This document shows, in pieces, positions 11,712 through 26,384 of a stretch of 64,000 nucleotides of DNA. Within the stretch, counting starts at the first letter, position 1. Each line of letters begins with the position of its first letter. The position numbers and the translations under genes are program-made. The stretch covers positions 57,662,001 through 57,726,000 of the forward strand of contig NW_024704742.1 of the NCBI RefSeq assembly GCF_018977255.1. Direction: 5' to 3'. A model generated the notes under the pieces. That model had not been told where the DNA came from. It saw only the letters and a list, made by a program, of their open reading frames with translations, and made no database searches. The stretch comes from Callorhinchus milii. Lineage: Eukaryota.

Positions 11712-12469
11712 AAACTGAGGCGCCATCTACCTGTTCAGGTGGACGTTAAAGATCCTATGGCATAACAAATAATATTCTAATAATACATTTAGAGCTTTTC
11801 ATGTTGGGAGGACGTCTCAAAGCCCTTCATAGGATTTACTTTAACTGCAGTGACTGTGTATTTTGTGGGCGAATGCAACAGCCAATTTGGGCACAAACAG
11901 CTATGAAGTGAGTGAACAATTTTATTTAAGGGATTGTCAGTCAGGAGACTGGGTGAAATAATAATAAGGTTAGCGAGACTGATAGCCAGAATTAGGTGTC
12001 TTAGTTCTAAGGATATGCTATAGAAGACAGGAATATCTGTCCTAAAGCAGAGAAGGCTCAAGGGATATTTTATTAAAATTGTCAAGATCGGAGTTAAGGT
12101 TTTTTTGTGAATGTCACTTTATTACAGTTGATTGTGAATATTTATTTAGCACTTGAACTGGGAGCATGCACTTGAACATGAAGCCTTTTAATCATACGCA
12201 AATTAGTTTACTCAACATTTTATTAAAAGTTAAAACATGTAAATTCTGTATATTCTGTTCAGCGCCTTGGGACGTCCTCCCGATGTGAAAGGCGCTATAC
12301 AAATGTAATCTTGTTGTTGTAAAATTTCAAGATAGACTTTAAAATAATTCCAAAATACAGTACTTTCATTTTTGCTGAATAACATTTCAAATTAATGGAT
12401 TCATGAATTGTGGATTAATGGTGTGATACAATGGAAACAAATTCTGGCACATTTATTTTAGTCAGAAAT

Positions 12470-13150
12470 TACAACAATAACAACAATTTGAATTTATATA
12501 GCACCCTCCACGCCGAACGGCGTTTTTAGAGCGCTTCACAGTAACGGATCCCAGGGCCGACCCAGGGGTAGGGGGAGGAAGGTGACCAAAGGCGTGGTCG
12601 AAAAGAAAGGTCCTCAGCAGAGACCTGAAAATAGGAAGAGAGGGAACGAGACGAAGAGTGAGGAAGGCAGTTCTAGAGCCTCGGGGCATAGTGGCTGAAG
12701 GCACGGCCGCCGAGGGTGGAGCGGAGGACTCGGGGGATGAGGAGGAGGCCAGACCTGGAGGAACGAAGGCAACTGGTACTTGTTTTGAGAAGAGAGGTCA
12801 GAGAGATCGGGGGGGGTGCAGAGGAGTGCAGGACTTGAATATAAGGGTGAGGATCTTAAAATCGATCCTCTTTGGGACAGGCAGCCAGTGCAGTCTGGCA
12901 AGGACTGGGGTGATCGGGGAGCGGAGTTTCGTGCGGGTGAGAATGCGGGCTGCAGAATTTTGAATGATTTGGATTTTATGGATGATAGTGGATGGGAGAC
13001 CGGTGAGGAGGGCATTGCAGTAGTCCAGCCGAGAGGTGACAAAGGCATGGACCAGGGTTTCAACGGGTTTTGGGGAGAGGTATTGGCGGAGACGGGCAAT
13101 GCGTTGGAGGTGGTAGAAGGCGGTGCTGGTGAGGGAATTACGTGTAAACC
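12470..13150 (-). mobile_element. L2 LINE 3' fragment
   Basis: ORF 12798-13154: ETLVHAFVTSRLDYCNALL...IQNSAARIL...LHWLPVPKRIDFKIL. Confidence 0.92.
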
Positions 13151-13171
13151 TCATCCATATGTACTTGTTTG

Positions 13172-14360
13172 TAACAACAACAAAATTACATTTGTATAGT
13201 GACTTTCACATCGGGAGGACGTGCCAAGGCACTGATGATGGGGATTGGGAAGGGTGGAGGGCGGGGGTGGGGGTGGTGGAGGAGGGTGATTGAAAGCATG
13301 GTCAAAGAGGAGGGTCTTGAGATGGGTCTTAAAGGAGGCAAGGAAGGGGGCGAGGTGGAGGGACTGGGGTGGAGTTCCAAAGGGTGGGGGCAGAGTGGCA
13401 AAAGGCATGCCCGCCAATGGTGGGGCAGGCGAGGCGGAAAGGTGAAGCAGGCCGGAGCCTACTGAGCAGAGGGAGCAGGCAGGACGGTAGGGGGTTAGGA
13501 GGTCGCAGAGGTAGGGGGGGAGCAAGACCATGGAGAGCTTTGAAGGTGAGGACCAGGATCTTGAACTGTATACTCTGTGTGATGGGAAGCCAATGGAGTG
13601 GGGCGAGGATGGGGGGTGATAGGGTCACGGAGCCTGATATGGGAGAGGACATGGGCTGCAGAGTTCTGAATAACCTGCAGCCTTTGGAGGGAGTTGTTGG
13701 GGGGACTGACAAGTATGGAGTTTGCATACTCAAGCCTGGATGTTATGAATGAATATATAAGAGTTTCGGCGGCCTGTGATGTGAGACAGTGGCGGACCTG
13801 GGCGATGTTGCGGAGGTGGGGGAAGGCAGAGCGGGTCATGGTATGGATGTGGGTCAAACAAGATTCCGGACTGGCTTAGTAAGGTGGAGTGTGCATCCAT
13901 GCATGGGTGATGCTGTCAGCACCTGAGGTGTGGCAGTGCTGACGGGAGCCAATCAGGAGGTTGACCTTCAACTGAAGAAAGTTAGCTCTCATCTGGGACT
14001 TGATCTCTGACAGACATTCTGGAGTCAAGGGTGGAGGTAGAGAGGTAGAGTTGGGTGTCATCCGCATACATGTGGATGTTGACCCCACGTCTGTGGATGA
14101 TGTCACCAAGAGGGAGCATATTGATATTGGAGGGGACCAAGGACAGAGCCCTAAGGAACGCTGCACGAGACGGTGCGGGGGCTAGAGGATAAACCGTTTG
14201 TTCAGATGAAGTGGAGGCAGAGTGAGAGGTACGATCTGAATCATTGAAGGACAGAACCGTGAAGGTTGAGGTGAGAAGCGGTGGAGGAGGATAGAGTGAC
14301 CAATGATGTCGAAGACAGCAGAGAGGCCAAGGAGGACGAGGAGGCAGAGGGAGCCCTGGT
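13172..14360 (-). mobile_element. L2 LINE fragment (RT domain to 3' end), frameshifted
   Basis: [18 protein letters not shown] and LHWLP motifs in successive frames; (CAA)n tail at 13172. Confidence 0.92.
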
Positions 14361-14709
14361 TTACACAGGTTTACACACAAGAGTGCTATACAATATATAC
14401 CATAACATGTACATAATGCCAAGAAAAGAAAAGCAACTACAGACTGTTGTACTTTTTATTCCATTTAACTTCTTCCTCATTGATCAAATGAACATTAGAA
14501 AGTAGCACAAAGCACAGAAAGAGAAAAGGCCATTCAGCCCATGAAACCCACTCCTTCCACAGATTGTAAAATCTACACCAACAAAGGTAACAGGCAACCA
14601 ACTTCTGTGGGAAAAATTTGCTTGCTCTGTTCAATTGTGGGCACTCAATCTTATGAAGGGTAGACCAGTCATGGAGGGTGTTCAGTGACAATTCACTGTT
14701 GTTCACCGG

Positions 14710-15490
14710 GCTGTTAGGGCTTAGCTATGCTGAAAGACTGGGGAGACTGGGTTACATTCCTTGGAGCACAGGAGGTTAAGGGATGATTCGAATTAAGTAT
14801 TTTAAAATAATGAAAGGAATTGACTGGTTAGATAGTAGACGACTCTTCACTCTGGTATGGGATAATAATAATAATAATTCTTGCATTTGATATAGCTCTT
14901 TTCACGTCGGGAGGACGTCCCAAAGCGCTTCACAGAACACACTGTAAAGTGAATTGACTGTATATTTGTGGGTTAACGTGGCAGCCAATTGCGCACAGCA
15001 ATGTCCCACAAACAGTTGTAGAGTGAAAATGACCAATTTTTATTATTGTTTTGTTTTTTTGGAGGGATTATTATTAGGCGTGTGGAGTAAGGAAACTTGC
15101 CCAAGGTTTCGCTCTGCCTGGAATTGAACTCGGGTCTCTCGCTTGCGAAGCGAGTGCTCTAACCACTGAGCTACAGGACTCCACAAATACATTATCAGGT
15201 GTACATATCCTTAAAATCAAATCCAAATAGTTAGAACTGAGCTCTGAAAGCCTTCCTTCACACAGAGAATTGTGAAGTTGTGAAATGCTCAGCCACAGAA
15301 AGCTGTAGAAGTTGAATCAATAGGAATTTTTAAAAGGCGAGATGGACAAATACTTGCGGAGTAAAGGAATAAAGGGGTATAGTGAAAGGGTGAAGCATTG
15401 GGATTAAAAGATCGGCCAAGAACGACTAAACTGGTGCATCAGATTGTTATGTCGAATGGCTTGCTCCTGCTTCTGTTTTCCTATGTTTCT
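14710..15490 (+). mobile_element. CR1 LINE 3' fragment interrupted by a SINE
   Basis: LSYAERLGRLG...LEHRRLRDD-type ORF2 C-terminus and a CR1 3' UTR ending TTCCTATGTTTCT. Confidence 0.75.
14862..15184 (-). mobile_element. Young tRNA-Ala-derived SINE, full length
   Basis: Head ends ...GAGCTACAGGACTCCAC at 15184; (TAA)n tail at 14862. Confidence 0.9.
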
Positions 15491-16989
15491 GTGGATTCTG
15501 AATCTAATAATGCAAAATTGTTCAGGTTATTTATCTCAAAAATTCAAACTTACCTTGGTTCCTCTACAGAAAATCAGCTTCCAAAATATAATAATTTTTC
15601 ATTTGATAATAGGCTGTCATCAAAACGTCAAAGCTTTACACATTTTTTTTACTGTGAAGTATGGTAACTGTATTTGCAGGCAAACACCTATTAAATTAAA
15701 ACTGTATTTAAGTTTTTTTTAAATTTGCAGGATCTTAAATTGAAACAATGGTTTTGGGATTAAGCCATGAAGATTCCAGACCTCAAGTGGCTAAAGTTTG
15801 AAAAACATATTATTGTTAATATTTTTCATTTTCCTTCTAAGAGAGTAGGGATAGGACGTTTGTGATCAAGGGCTGAGTTAAGTTTCAGCATTTTGATTGG
15901 AGACAATTTTTGAGATAATCCTTGGAAAGGGATTAGGGAATTGCTACATTACTATATTAATGTAGCGATTGCATTAAAACATAATAGCTGACGAACATAG
16001 AATTGAAATCAGACCATCGAATTACAATTATCTGGTCATCTAAAACTAAACTATATTGACACAATAATTTGCATGAAGCTGAATTCCTATCTAATTCAAA
16101 GTTCCATCAATTAATCATTCCTGACAATGATTCAATGCAAATGTACTTTAAACTGCATTCTGATTTGACATAGCATTACATGGAATTGCAGCACATTTAC
16201 CCCAGGGTATGTCACTGTTATTTAAGCATGTCCAGACTTACTGGTTGGTTTTCTCAAGTCTCATGCCTGCTAGCTCATAGAAAAGCTTTTTTTCTAACAA
16301 ATAACTTTGTTTTAATCACAGCAGCTTCAAAACTCAGGATTTTGCTGCTCTAGGCTGCTTGCATTTCACAAGTATTCAGAATGAAAAATATTCACTTACA
16401 CACTAAAATCATTATCATAAAGGCACTGCAGTGCTTTTGTTTTAAATACTTTGTTGGAAGGAGAGTGGTGGTTGGGTTGGATGGGGAGGGGAAAAGAAGG
16501 AAATTCACTACATCACCAAAGTATGGACTTACAGAGGAAAGGGGTCCAGGTTCAATGTTCTCTTTGATAAATTTTCTAATGTCAGGAATGTGGCCAGCGC
16601 CCTCCAAAGACAAAAGTAATGATTGTGCCAATCACAAGATCAGTTTAGATGAAGAAAGCCCTTCAGCCCATTTTATCTCAATGAACCCATCATACCATCT
16701 TCCTACCACAGCATCAAGCTGCTTTTTAAATTGTTTCAGTGGTCCTGACCTCAAACACCTTTCCTGGCAACTTGTTCTAGTTGTTAATTAATCTCTGGGT
16801 AAAGAAAACCTTCCTCGCATCTGTCGTGGAATTGTCCTTTGCAACTCAAGACCTATGCCCGCTCTACTTTATTGATGCATCTTAATGTATCGTTCCGGGT
16901 TTACATTGCTGTATGCAATTGGCTCCCGCATTCATCCACAAAATAATCACGTCACTTCACAATACATCCTGTGAAGTACTTTGGCACAT

Positions 16990-18144
16990 GACAGTCGATC
17001 GCACCATCCTCCTCCACCACCTTTCCTCTGTCATCCACCTCAGTGGGACCGCACTCGCCTGGTTCAAGTCCTACCTCACAAATCGCCAGCAGTACATCTG
17101 CACAAACGGCTTCTCCTCCCGCTCTAACCTGGTCACCTGCGGGGTACCCCAAGGATCTATCCTTGGCCCCCTCCTCTTTCTGATCTATATGCTTCCTCTT
17201 GGGGATGTCATTCGCAGACATGGGGTACACTTCTACATGTATGCAGATGACACCCAACTCTATTTGCGACCCCCAGTCCCCTGATGTTCTGTCAGCCTGC
17301 CTGTCAGATCTCAAGGGCTGGATGAGCGCAAATTTCCTTCAGCTGAACGTTGACAAGACGGAAGCCATAATCCTTGGCTCTTGTCAATGTCTAAAATCTC
17401 ACGGCTCTCACCTCCTCCACCTACCCAACCTCCCCCTAAAACTCTCTAAACCCATACACAACCTAGGCGTTAGGTTCGACCCCCAATTATCCTTCCTCCC
17501 CCACATCCGGTCCCTCATTAGCACCACTTTCTTCCACCTCTGTCGCATCGCCCGTCTCCACCAATACCTCTCCCCAAAAGCTGCTGAAACCCTGGTCCAT
17601 GCCTTTGTCACCTCTCGGCTGGTCTCTCATCCACTACCATCCATAAAATCCAAATCATTCAAAACTCTGCCGCCTGCATTCTCACCCGCACCAAACTCCG
17701 TTCCCCGATCACCCCAGTTCTTGCCAGACTGCACTGGCTGCCTATCCCAGAGAGGGTTGATTTCAAGATCCTCACCCTTGTATTCAAGTCCCTGTACTCC
17801 TCTGCACCCCCCTACCTCTCTGACCTCCTCTCTCCTCAAAACAGTACCCATTGCCTCCGTTCCTGGCCTCCTCCTCATCCCCTGAGTCCTCCACTCCGCC
17901 CTTGGCAGCCGTGCCTTCAGTCACTATGCCCCGAGGCTCTGGAACTGCCTTCCTCACTCCCTTCGCCTCGCTCCCTCCCTTCCCATTTTCAGGTCTCTGC
18001 TGAAGACCTTTCTTTTCGACCACGCCTTTGGTCACCTTCCCACCCCCTCCCCCTGGCTCGGACCCGGGATCCGTTACTGTAAAGCGCTCTGAGACACCTT
18101 CCGGCATGGAGGGTGCTATATAAATCCAAGTTTTTGTTGTTGTT
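16990..18144 (+). mobile_element. L2 LINE fragment (RT domain to 3' end)
   Basis: [11 protein letters not shown]...[21 protein letters not shown]...YADDTQLY, then WMSANFLQLN...NLGVRFD...HAFVTSRL; stem-loop and (TTG)n tail. Confidence 0.95.
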
Positions 18145-18644
18145 TCTATGTGAAAGGTGAGCTACCAAATCTGAAGGTTATTATTCACATTTTCAATCCC
18201 ATTTAAAATGTTACACATCTCGATAAGTTTTCCCTCTGCGCCTGTATCTCTTCTTACAGAGAACTCAATGAGTTGCATTGGCAGCATGTACAAGTGGCCT
18301 GTCCTTTTGATTGCAAGAGATGTGCAAAGAAAAACAGAAGCAAAATGTGAAGGTTGCATACTCCCAAAAAGACAAATAAAGGTACTAAGACATTTTTCAC
18401 AATAACCTTTTTCCATCTAGTTGAACAGCTTTCTTTTTGTAAAATAGCTGAATTTAGTAGGTTCCATTTTTTAAAAAAATAACATTTTACGTAATCTTAG
18501 AAAAAGTCAGGAATCCATAATTGACCTTATTAAGCAATTATAGCTTTGGCACAGGAAATTTTTCTAATGCGCAACAATTCGTTATTTATTGAGTTCTTAA
18601 ATTCCACAGCAAGTCAATGTTCAATTAGATTAAGGAAGTGGGAT

Positions 18645-18897
18645 GCTACGGCTCCCAAATGGCCCGGCTAATAAAATGCACTGCTGTGCGGCACGAGGCA
18701 GTGCAGACAAGAATTATCCCTTGTTTAATTCCTGGTCCGTGCTTGAAGCCAGGATTTCTCAAACTGAGGCTCCAGGTCCCCTTCTCCCTGGGAGAGTTGG
18801 GAAAACCCTGCTCTAATTTATCTGTTCTTGGTGGAGGCAGCAATACCACATTGGCCAAGTGTTCTTAGATGAGGGAGGGGAAAATCCATCAGAGTTC
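18645..18897 (+). mobile_element. Ancient tRNA-related SINE fragment (AmnSINE2-like, tentative)
   Basis: Degenerate head plus ...CCTGGTCCGTGCT...ATTGGCC...GGGAGGGGAAAATC motifs, recalled from that family. Single copy here and not verified. Confidence 0.35.
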
Positions 18898-20518
18898 ATT
18901 CATAGGAACATAGGAAAAGGAGAAGGCAGTTCAGCCCTTCGAGCCTGTTCTGCCATTTAATTAGATCATGGCTGATTGGTACCTCAACTAATCCTTTCAA
19001 TTCCATTCTGCGTATTACTCAGTATTTCCTGCTATAAGTGTGCTTGTCTGGACATCAACATTTGACTAGATTATCAGGATGGACTGGCCTGAAATTTCAC
19101 ATGGTTTTAGCCTTAGGACTGCAGTCATAACATTTCAGATTGTTCAGAATTTTGAAAATTCTTGAATTTAGTCGTGATTTGGGAACGGTAATTTGGGAAT
19201 TTGTCCTTTGGGCTTCTTGAAAAGAAATAATTTTTTTGGTCCTAGGTTTTCACTTTCTTAGCTCAAAAGTTTATGTGCGGCCACTTGAGTGAGGTACCAG
19301 ATTGCAACAGAAGTCATCAGGCCCACCACAACTCACTCCCTTCAAGGAAAGAAGAGAAAACAGGCAGAAATGTGTCGGAAAATTGCTTTTGTCAAAAAAG
19401 TATTAATTTATTTAAAAATAAATTGTTGATACAATTGTCATGCTGGTTGATCAATCGGTTTGATCTTTCCTGCACATTAAATACACAATTTTTCACCTCA
19501 TGGGCCTTTTCTAACAAAGATACTTTTGGCTAACAGCTAACAATATAATTTGACACAGAACATTACATATTGAACATGAGCTAAAGGTGTTTAACACTCT
19601 CTACATTTGAAAGAATGATGAGTGAGTGACATGTCCCCGAGAGGCATATCAAATCTGCTGTATAAGAATAGCAAAGGAGGAGTAATTTAATGGTTATTAC
19701 AACTCCTATTTGCTGAATAGGCATTTCTGTAAGTATTAGCAGAGTTCTCACAGATTGTACAAGGAAAACCTAACATTAAAGGAACATGGGTTTTATTTAA
19801 AGAAAAATTGCGAAGACACAGCAAGGTGACGCACAGAAAAGGTAAACCACAGAAGCACGGAATAGTAAGATATGGGTTCACATCCATAATTCCTCACAGT
19901 GGATTCTGATATCTGCCATGCTGCCAGAGGGAGATGGCAAACAGAGGCCAGGTGTTTCGCCATAGGGGGAGAAATAGTTGTGTAACTGCTTGCACTTTTC
20001 TTCTAGCAGCTGTCTCAAATAGGGCATTGCAGAAAAAAATTATTTATGTGTCCTTTGTTCTGGGAGTGCTCTGTATGTAGGTGGATCTAAAGGAGACTGA
20101 TTTTTGTTTGAAAGTGTTCTGCTGTTCATTCACAGTAAGTGAAGTTGATTGTTTCTGAATACAATGTAATAATAAATAATAATAAACCTTGTATTTGGTA
20201 CAGCGCCTTATCACATCGGGAGGACATCTCAAAGTGCTTCACAGGATTTATTGTGAAATGGAATTACTGTGTAGTAATGGAAATTGGGAGAAATTCCTAC
20301 TCTCCTTTTGAAGAATGCCACAGGATCTTTAACATCTACCATCGTGACATGCTATTTTCTGGTAATACATTCCCTTGTTTTGAAAGAAGAAACTGTTTCC
20401 TGGTCTTTCAGAGTTTCTCCATGAATTGCTTACATGTTCCACTAATGCTTTATGAAATGTTTTCTGAAGGTCCCAATGTCCTCTAAGTTAGAAAATAACA
20501 CTCTAGGAGAATGGTATA

Positions 20519-21300
20519 CAACAACAACAAAATGACATTTGTAAAGTACCTTTCACTTCGGGAGGTCGTCCCAAGGGGCTGAACTGTTGGGGATCAGGAT
20601 CCGAGCATGGGGGTGGGGGGGGAGCAGGGTTGGGGTGAGGGAGGGCAGAGAGGTAGGAGGGTGGCTGATGGCATGGTCGAAAAGGAGGGTCGATTCGTGC
20701 CTTGAAGGAGGCATGAGAGGGAGCAAGGCGAAGGGATTGTGGGATGGAGTTCCAGAGGGTGGAGGCAGAGAGGCTGAAAGCCCGTCTGCCGATGGTAGGG
20801 CGGATCTGGCGGTAGACATTGAGCAGGCCAGAACCTGCTGAACAGAGGGAATGGACAAGTTGATAGGGGGTCAGCAGGTCAGAGAGGTAGGATGGGGCAA
20901 GGTCGTGGAGGGCCTTGAAAGTGAGGACAAGGATTTTGTATTCTGTCCGCTGAGGGATGCGGAGCCAGTGGAGTCGGGCGAGGGTGGGGGTGATGGGGTC
21001 ACAGAGCCTGGTGAAGGAGAGGACGTGAGCTGCAGAGTTCTGGATGGGGGGGGAAGAGTTGGGGAGGCCCCCAAGGAAGGTGTGTCCGTACTCAAGCCTT
21101 GAGGTGACAAATGCATGTATGAGAGATTTGGTGGCTTAAGGGGAGAGGAAGTGGTGGAGTCGGGCAATGTTGTGGAGGTGAGGGAAGGCAGAATGGGACA
21201 TGGCATGGATATGGAGGAGAACGGACAGTTGAGGGTCGAACAAGATCCAGGTTCCTGACTGGCTTGGTGAGGTGAAGTGTGCATCTGTGGATGCTGATTG
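20519..21300 (-). mobile_element. L2 LINE 3' fragment
   Basis: FDPQLS...HLHNIARL and LHWL-region remnants; (CAA)n tail. Confidence 0.85.
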
Positions 21301-22499
21301 TTTTGATAGTGATAGCCTAGATTGCCCCTCACATGCCCAGGGTGCAAAATCCAATTGCAGCACATAATAATAAATAATAATAATCCTTACCTTTGATCTA
21401 GCGCTTTATCAGTGACTGCATATTTTGTGGGCAAAACATCGACTGTTGCCTCACCATAGACTGCGTCTGGCATACGCTGGACATTTTCACTATTTCTTAG
21501 CAGAACATACCATTGTAACACAGATAAATATTGAAAAGCTTTTCTTATAAAATATTTATCATTATTTTATCGGTATTGGAATTTTTCAATGGTTGATGTA
21601 TTCTTTCATCCACTCAGACTTTTATTGTTCCTCTCAGCAGAGCAGCTGAAGTCTGCTATTTATTCTTCATAGGGAAGCGTAGATGAGGAGACTATGAATC
21701 TGCCTAACGGTGCCTTAGGGCGACAGATAGCAAGTACAGCAGGAAATAAAACTGAAATTAATGATCAAAACTTGAGTGTACTGTGCCATCTACTGGCTGA
21801 ACTGGGTATTGAACAAACCCACAATAATGTAAAGGATAAAATAAAGATTTTGTTTACATGAAAAATAATAATCCTTGCATTTGATATAGCATATTCGAGA
21901 TGAATCAAAGCGCTTTGCAGAATATACTGTAAAGTGAATTGATGATATATTTTGTGAGCGAAACGCTGCAGCCACTTGCGCACAGCAGTGTCCCACAAAC
22001 AGTCGTGGGTTGAGTGACCAAATTATTATTAATTTATGTTTATACACCTCACAAGTTTCCACCCACTATTTACTCTCACCCATACTTTTATATTCCCTCC
22101 TCCATATCCTTTTCTGATGTATCAATTATAATATTATTATTAATTATCACTGGTGATAAATAACATCAGAAATTACCACCTGTCTGAATTGCAGTAAATG
22201 CAATCAGTTGTTATCTAGGAATATTGACTCCAGACATAACAATAACCCTTACATTTGATATAGCACCTATGATGCCAAAACATCTCAAAGTACTTAACAG
22301 GCCATTTCTATCAAATGTAGGAACTGGATATTTATAGACAGTTCAGCAGCCAATCTGCATATAGGAGATCCCACAAGCAGCCATGAATTCACTTTATCTA
22401 GAGGATTGCTGGGTAGAGAATTATTTGAGCAGTTTAAAATCTCATCCAAAGTAAATACCTCAAACAATGCAGTAATGCAGTGCTTCCCTTCCACTCAAC

Positions 22500-22865
22500 T
22501 CAGTCTGAGCAGACACTCCAATGCAGTGCTGACACGTGCTGCATTGTTGGAGTTGCCGTCCTTTAGATGAGACAATAAAACCAAGGTCCTGTCTGCCTGT
22601 TTATGTGGATGTTAACGATCCTAAGTAGTTATTCGAAAAGTGAACAGAATTTCTTCTGGCGTTCTGGTCAACAATCCCTGAAATAAAATTGATCACTTAC
22701 TGTATGTCTGTTTGTGGGATATTGCTGTGCATAAATTAGCTGTTGCATTTGTTTACAAAATACAGTCATAAGACTTTATAGGAGTAATAATATATCATAT
22801 GAAGTGATTTGAGATGTCTTCCTGACATGAAAGGAATTAAATTAAATGTAAAGATAGTTTATTTA
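22500..22865 (+). mobile_element. Deu-type SINE (SacSINE1/AmnSINE1-like), diverged
   Basis: GATGAGAC...AAACCAAGGTCCTGTCTGCCTGTT...TGGATGTTAA core, then TGTTTGTGGGATATTGCTGTGC and tail. Confidence 0.7.
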
Positions 22866-24204
22866 TTATTTTATTCTAGACTGCAGAGGCATTTTCGTAC
22901 ATTAAAGGTACTGTCCACCAATGGGGAGCAAGCATTAGATGGTAGGTTTCATTTGGGTGATGATGGTTGTGAGGACAAAAGAGAAATAGGGGCAAAGTAA
23001 TATGGGAGAGCAATGGAAGAAACAGTAGCAGAAGCTGTGGGGCTGTAGAAGACATTGGGTGAAGGAATGGGGGACAGGGAGAGGAAGAGGTTGCAGCCAA
23101 GCGGACCTTGTCTATTTTAGACATGACATATATACAATACAGGTTCCAAGTCCTGATGTGGAGCTTGAATCCACAATCTTGTGACTCAGAGGCTAGATTG
23201 TTACCAGCTAAAACAGGCCTACAAACGACAGCAGCTACACCTGCAAAATGTGGTAAGGTGACATCAATGCAAGTTCTTATTATGTGTATGCTATACCATA
23301 ATTTTGCCACAGGGTGGCAGAGAATGCATTGTTAATAATAATACTTGCATTCGATATAGCTCCTCATCGTGTCATTCAGAAGTTTCAAAGCATTTCACAG
23401 TAGTTCTTGTAAAGTGTCGTGATTGTGTATTTGTAGGCAAACCCAGCAGCTAATCTGCGCACAGCAATATCCTACAAACAGCCATGAACAATAACAACTT
23501 GCACTTATAAAGCATCTCTCACTCTGGGTAGCATCTCAAGAGTTAACGGTGGAAGAGCTTGAGTCAAGGAGAGAGGGGAGATGACCATAGGCACAGTTGA
23601 AGAGAAAAGTCTTCACATCTGATCCAAAGAAAGGCAAGGAGGGGGCAAGGCAGAGGAACTGAGGTAGAGAGTTTCAGAGCATAGTGGTTGAAAGCATGAC
23701 CATTATTGACAGAGCGGATGGGACGATGGATATGGAGAAGACTGAAGCCATCTGAACAAATGGAGTGGGCAGTGCAGTGAGTTGGACGTCCACCACAGGA
23801 AATTTCAATTTGGTACTGTGGTTCAAATGAGAGGTTAACCACATCCCATCTGCTTGTTCAGGTGGATATTAAAGATCTCATTTGAAAAGAATTTCACCCA
23901 GTGTCTTGGCCAACAATCCTCCCAAAATAAAATTGGTCACTCACTCAATGACTATTTGTGGGACATTGTTGCATGTAAAACTGGCAGCCACATTTGCCCA
24001 CAAAACACAGTCATTCCTCTTTATAATATATCCTGTGAAGATCTGTGGGTTGTCCTTGTGATGTGAAAGATGCTAGAACAAATCCAAGGATTAGAATTAT
24101 TATTAGTGTTTGTTTACAAAAATAATTACCTCACTTGATAGTAATTACCTGTGAATTGCATTGAGAGATTTTGATTTGATAGAGATTTAAAAATCGCTTT
24201 ATGT

Positions 24205-24420
24205 CCATCAAACAGTCACAGATTGAGTGACCAATTTTTTTTGAAGGAATTATTATCCCCAGAAAAATGATCCGTCAATCGATTAACAACCAGGTTCCTA
24301 CTTACTGAGTAGGAGGCGTGTGGAGTAAAGAAACTTGTGCAACGTTTCACCTTGCCTGGGCGAATGGAACCAAGGTTTCTTGCTTGCAAGGCAAGTGCTC
24401 TAAACACTGAGCTACAGGCA
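24205..24420 (-). mobile_element. Older, longer tRNA-Ala SINE subfamily, 5' half
   Basis: tRNA head (TGTAGCTCAGTGTTTAGAGCAC on the minus strand) plus the extra 70-bp segment. Confidence 0.75.
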
Positions 24421-26384
24421 TCCCTGCTAGGGAGGGAACAACAATGTGCCCTGTGTATCGGGTTTGAAGAATGGAGATGTGGTGATGAAGAGGTGCTCTT
24501 GAGCTTTTTCTTTCTTAACTGAGATTCATATTAAGGAAAACTCCAAATTGTTTTCTTCTAGGTCACAATCCATGCATTCATTTTTTGAGGGCTGGGGTAT
24601 GTATGGCCTTTTCTCAATGCACATTTCTGCTTGCTCTTATTTTACAGGCATTTGATAACCCTTGTAGTAAGTACAAAATTCATCTGAACACCTAACTATG
24701 GGTCTGAGAGGGGTGGTGATATGATCATTATTACTGGTAATAAACTAATAATAATCTTTGCATTTGGTATAGCACTTTATTACAATAAAATAACTTTAAA
24801 AAATCAACTATAAGCTAGTATACAGCTTATAATCATATATACAGCTTCTATTCTGAAGTGCCTCAAGAGTTCTTGAAGATGTGATAAGGCGCTATATCAA
24901 ATGCAAGGATTATATTACTGGTTATAATCACATTTATCATCTCGATTGAACAGGCAATAGAAAATCAAGTGGAATCCTTTTAATCTTTTATTATAGAAAA
25001 TTACAAAGGTTAAAAGAACATTGATTTGGTAAACTGCTGGTGCCTCACTGCTGGAGTTTCTACAAGAACAAGCAGGTTCATAGACCTCACTGTCAGCACC
25101 AAGTGAGAGGAATAAATTATTTCAAAACACTCAGAACAAAGCAGAGTAAAGACAGATTAGAAATAGATGGAATGACAGCTATTGTGCACAAAATCCAGGA
25201 CCAAATTTTAATAGACCTCAGATGTGACAAACACCTTTCTGATGTGGAACATCAGAAAAAAGTCTCAACAAATGCAAAAAAAATTTTAAAAAGTTTTTCT
25301 TAGATGATTCCTGACTTTGCAAATGATATCCCATTATAAAAAATAGTAGCAGCTTAGACTAGCAACAAAGTTTGACTATAGAATGGTTGTTGATTTTCTT
25401 CAGCAAAAACTTCCTAAATTGGTAAATGGTGAGAAAAAGTTTTAAAAATGTTGAGGATCAGTGATACACTGATATACTGCTGACCAGGATATACAAGCCA
25501 ACCTCAGGTATTGATCATGAGATGATTCAGGTTTTCTGAGAAAGATCTAGGGCAAGATCTGACCTTGTAAGAGGATCATGTTGCTTTCAGATATTTGGGG
25601 GAGCTGTCACAAATTGCCCTTATAAAGTACCTTTCACATCGAATGAACATCTCAAAGTGCTTGAAATATGATACAGAGACTAAGCAGAGTGAATTATGAA
25701 TGTAAACCAATAACAAGATTAAGTGTATGTTTTTGGAGGGCTTTGAAGGCAGAGCAAAATAAAGTAAGACAAAGAGGTTTTCCTGAGTGCAGGGGTGCAG
25801 TGGTCAAAAACACTGAAAACCAGTAGTGGACCAGTGAGAGAGAGAGAGAGAATCAAGCAATAGGCCATAATTGAAGGAGAGAAAGTGATTATATGGGGTT
25901 TGAAATTTGAAACATTTAAGATATTTGAAAGTCAGCCCAAAGGGGTTACTTGGAACCAACAGAGTCTGACAGAGATGAGAGCAATGTCATGAGGTGTGTG
26001 GAGCCTGTGCAGGAAAGAATGTGGGCTGTAGAGTTTTAGATGAGTTGACGCTCGAGGAGGAAGGTTAGTTAGGAGAGCATTGGAGAAGCCTGTGCTCGAG
26101 ACAATGAAGGCGTGAATGGGGAATTTTAGCTGCAAAGAACATCAAGTACAGACATGTCTGACAGTGCAGAGTTCTCCCATTACTGTGTTAACCTAGACTC
26201 AAACCCAAACATAGGGCTTGAACTCACAATTTCCTGTCCAAGAAGTGAAAGTGCTATAAACAAAGCCAAGCAGACACCCAGTTTACACTCTTACACAAAA
26301 AAAAGTTAAATTCTCAGTATTGTAGCAAACTTAGCTTTAAAATAGATCTCCAATGGTCAAATGTGAACAATAACTTTCTGCATT

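Noticed and set aside
19915..19945. Possible CTCF site (GCCAGAGGGAGATGGCA)
   Set aside because: Only half of the core consensus matches.
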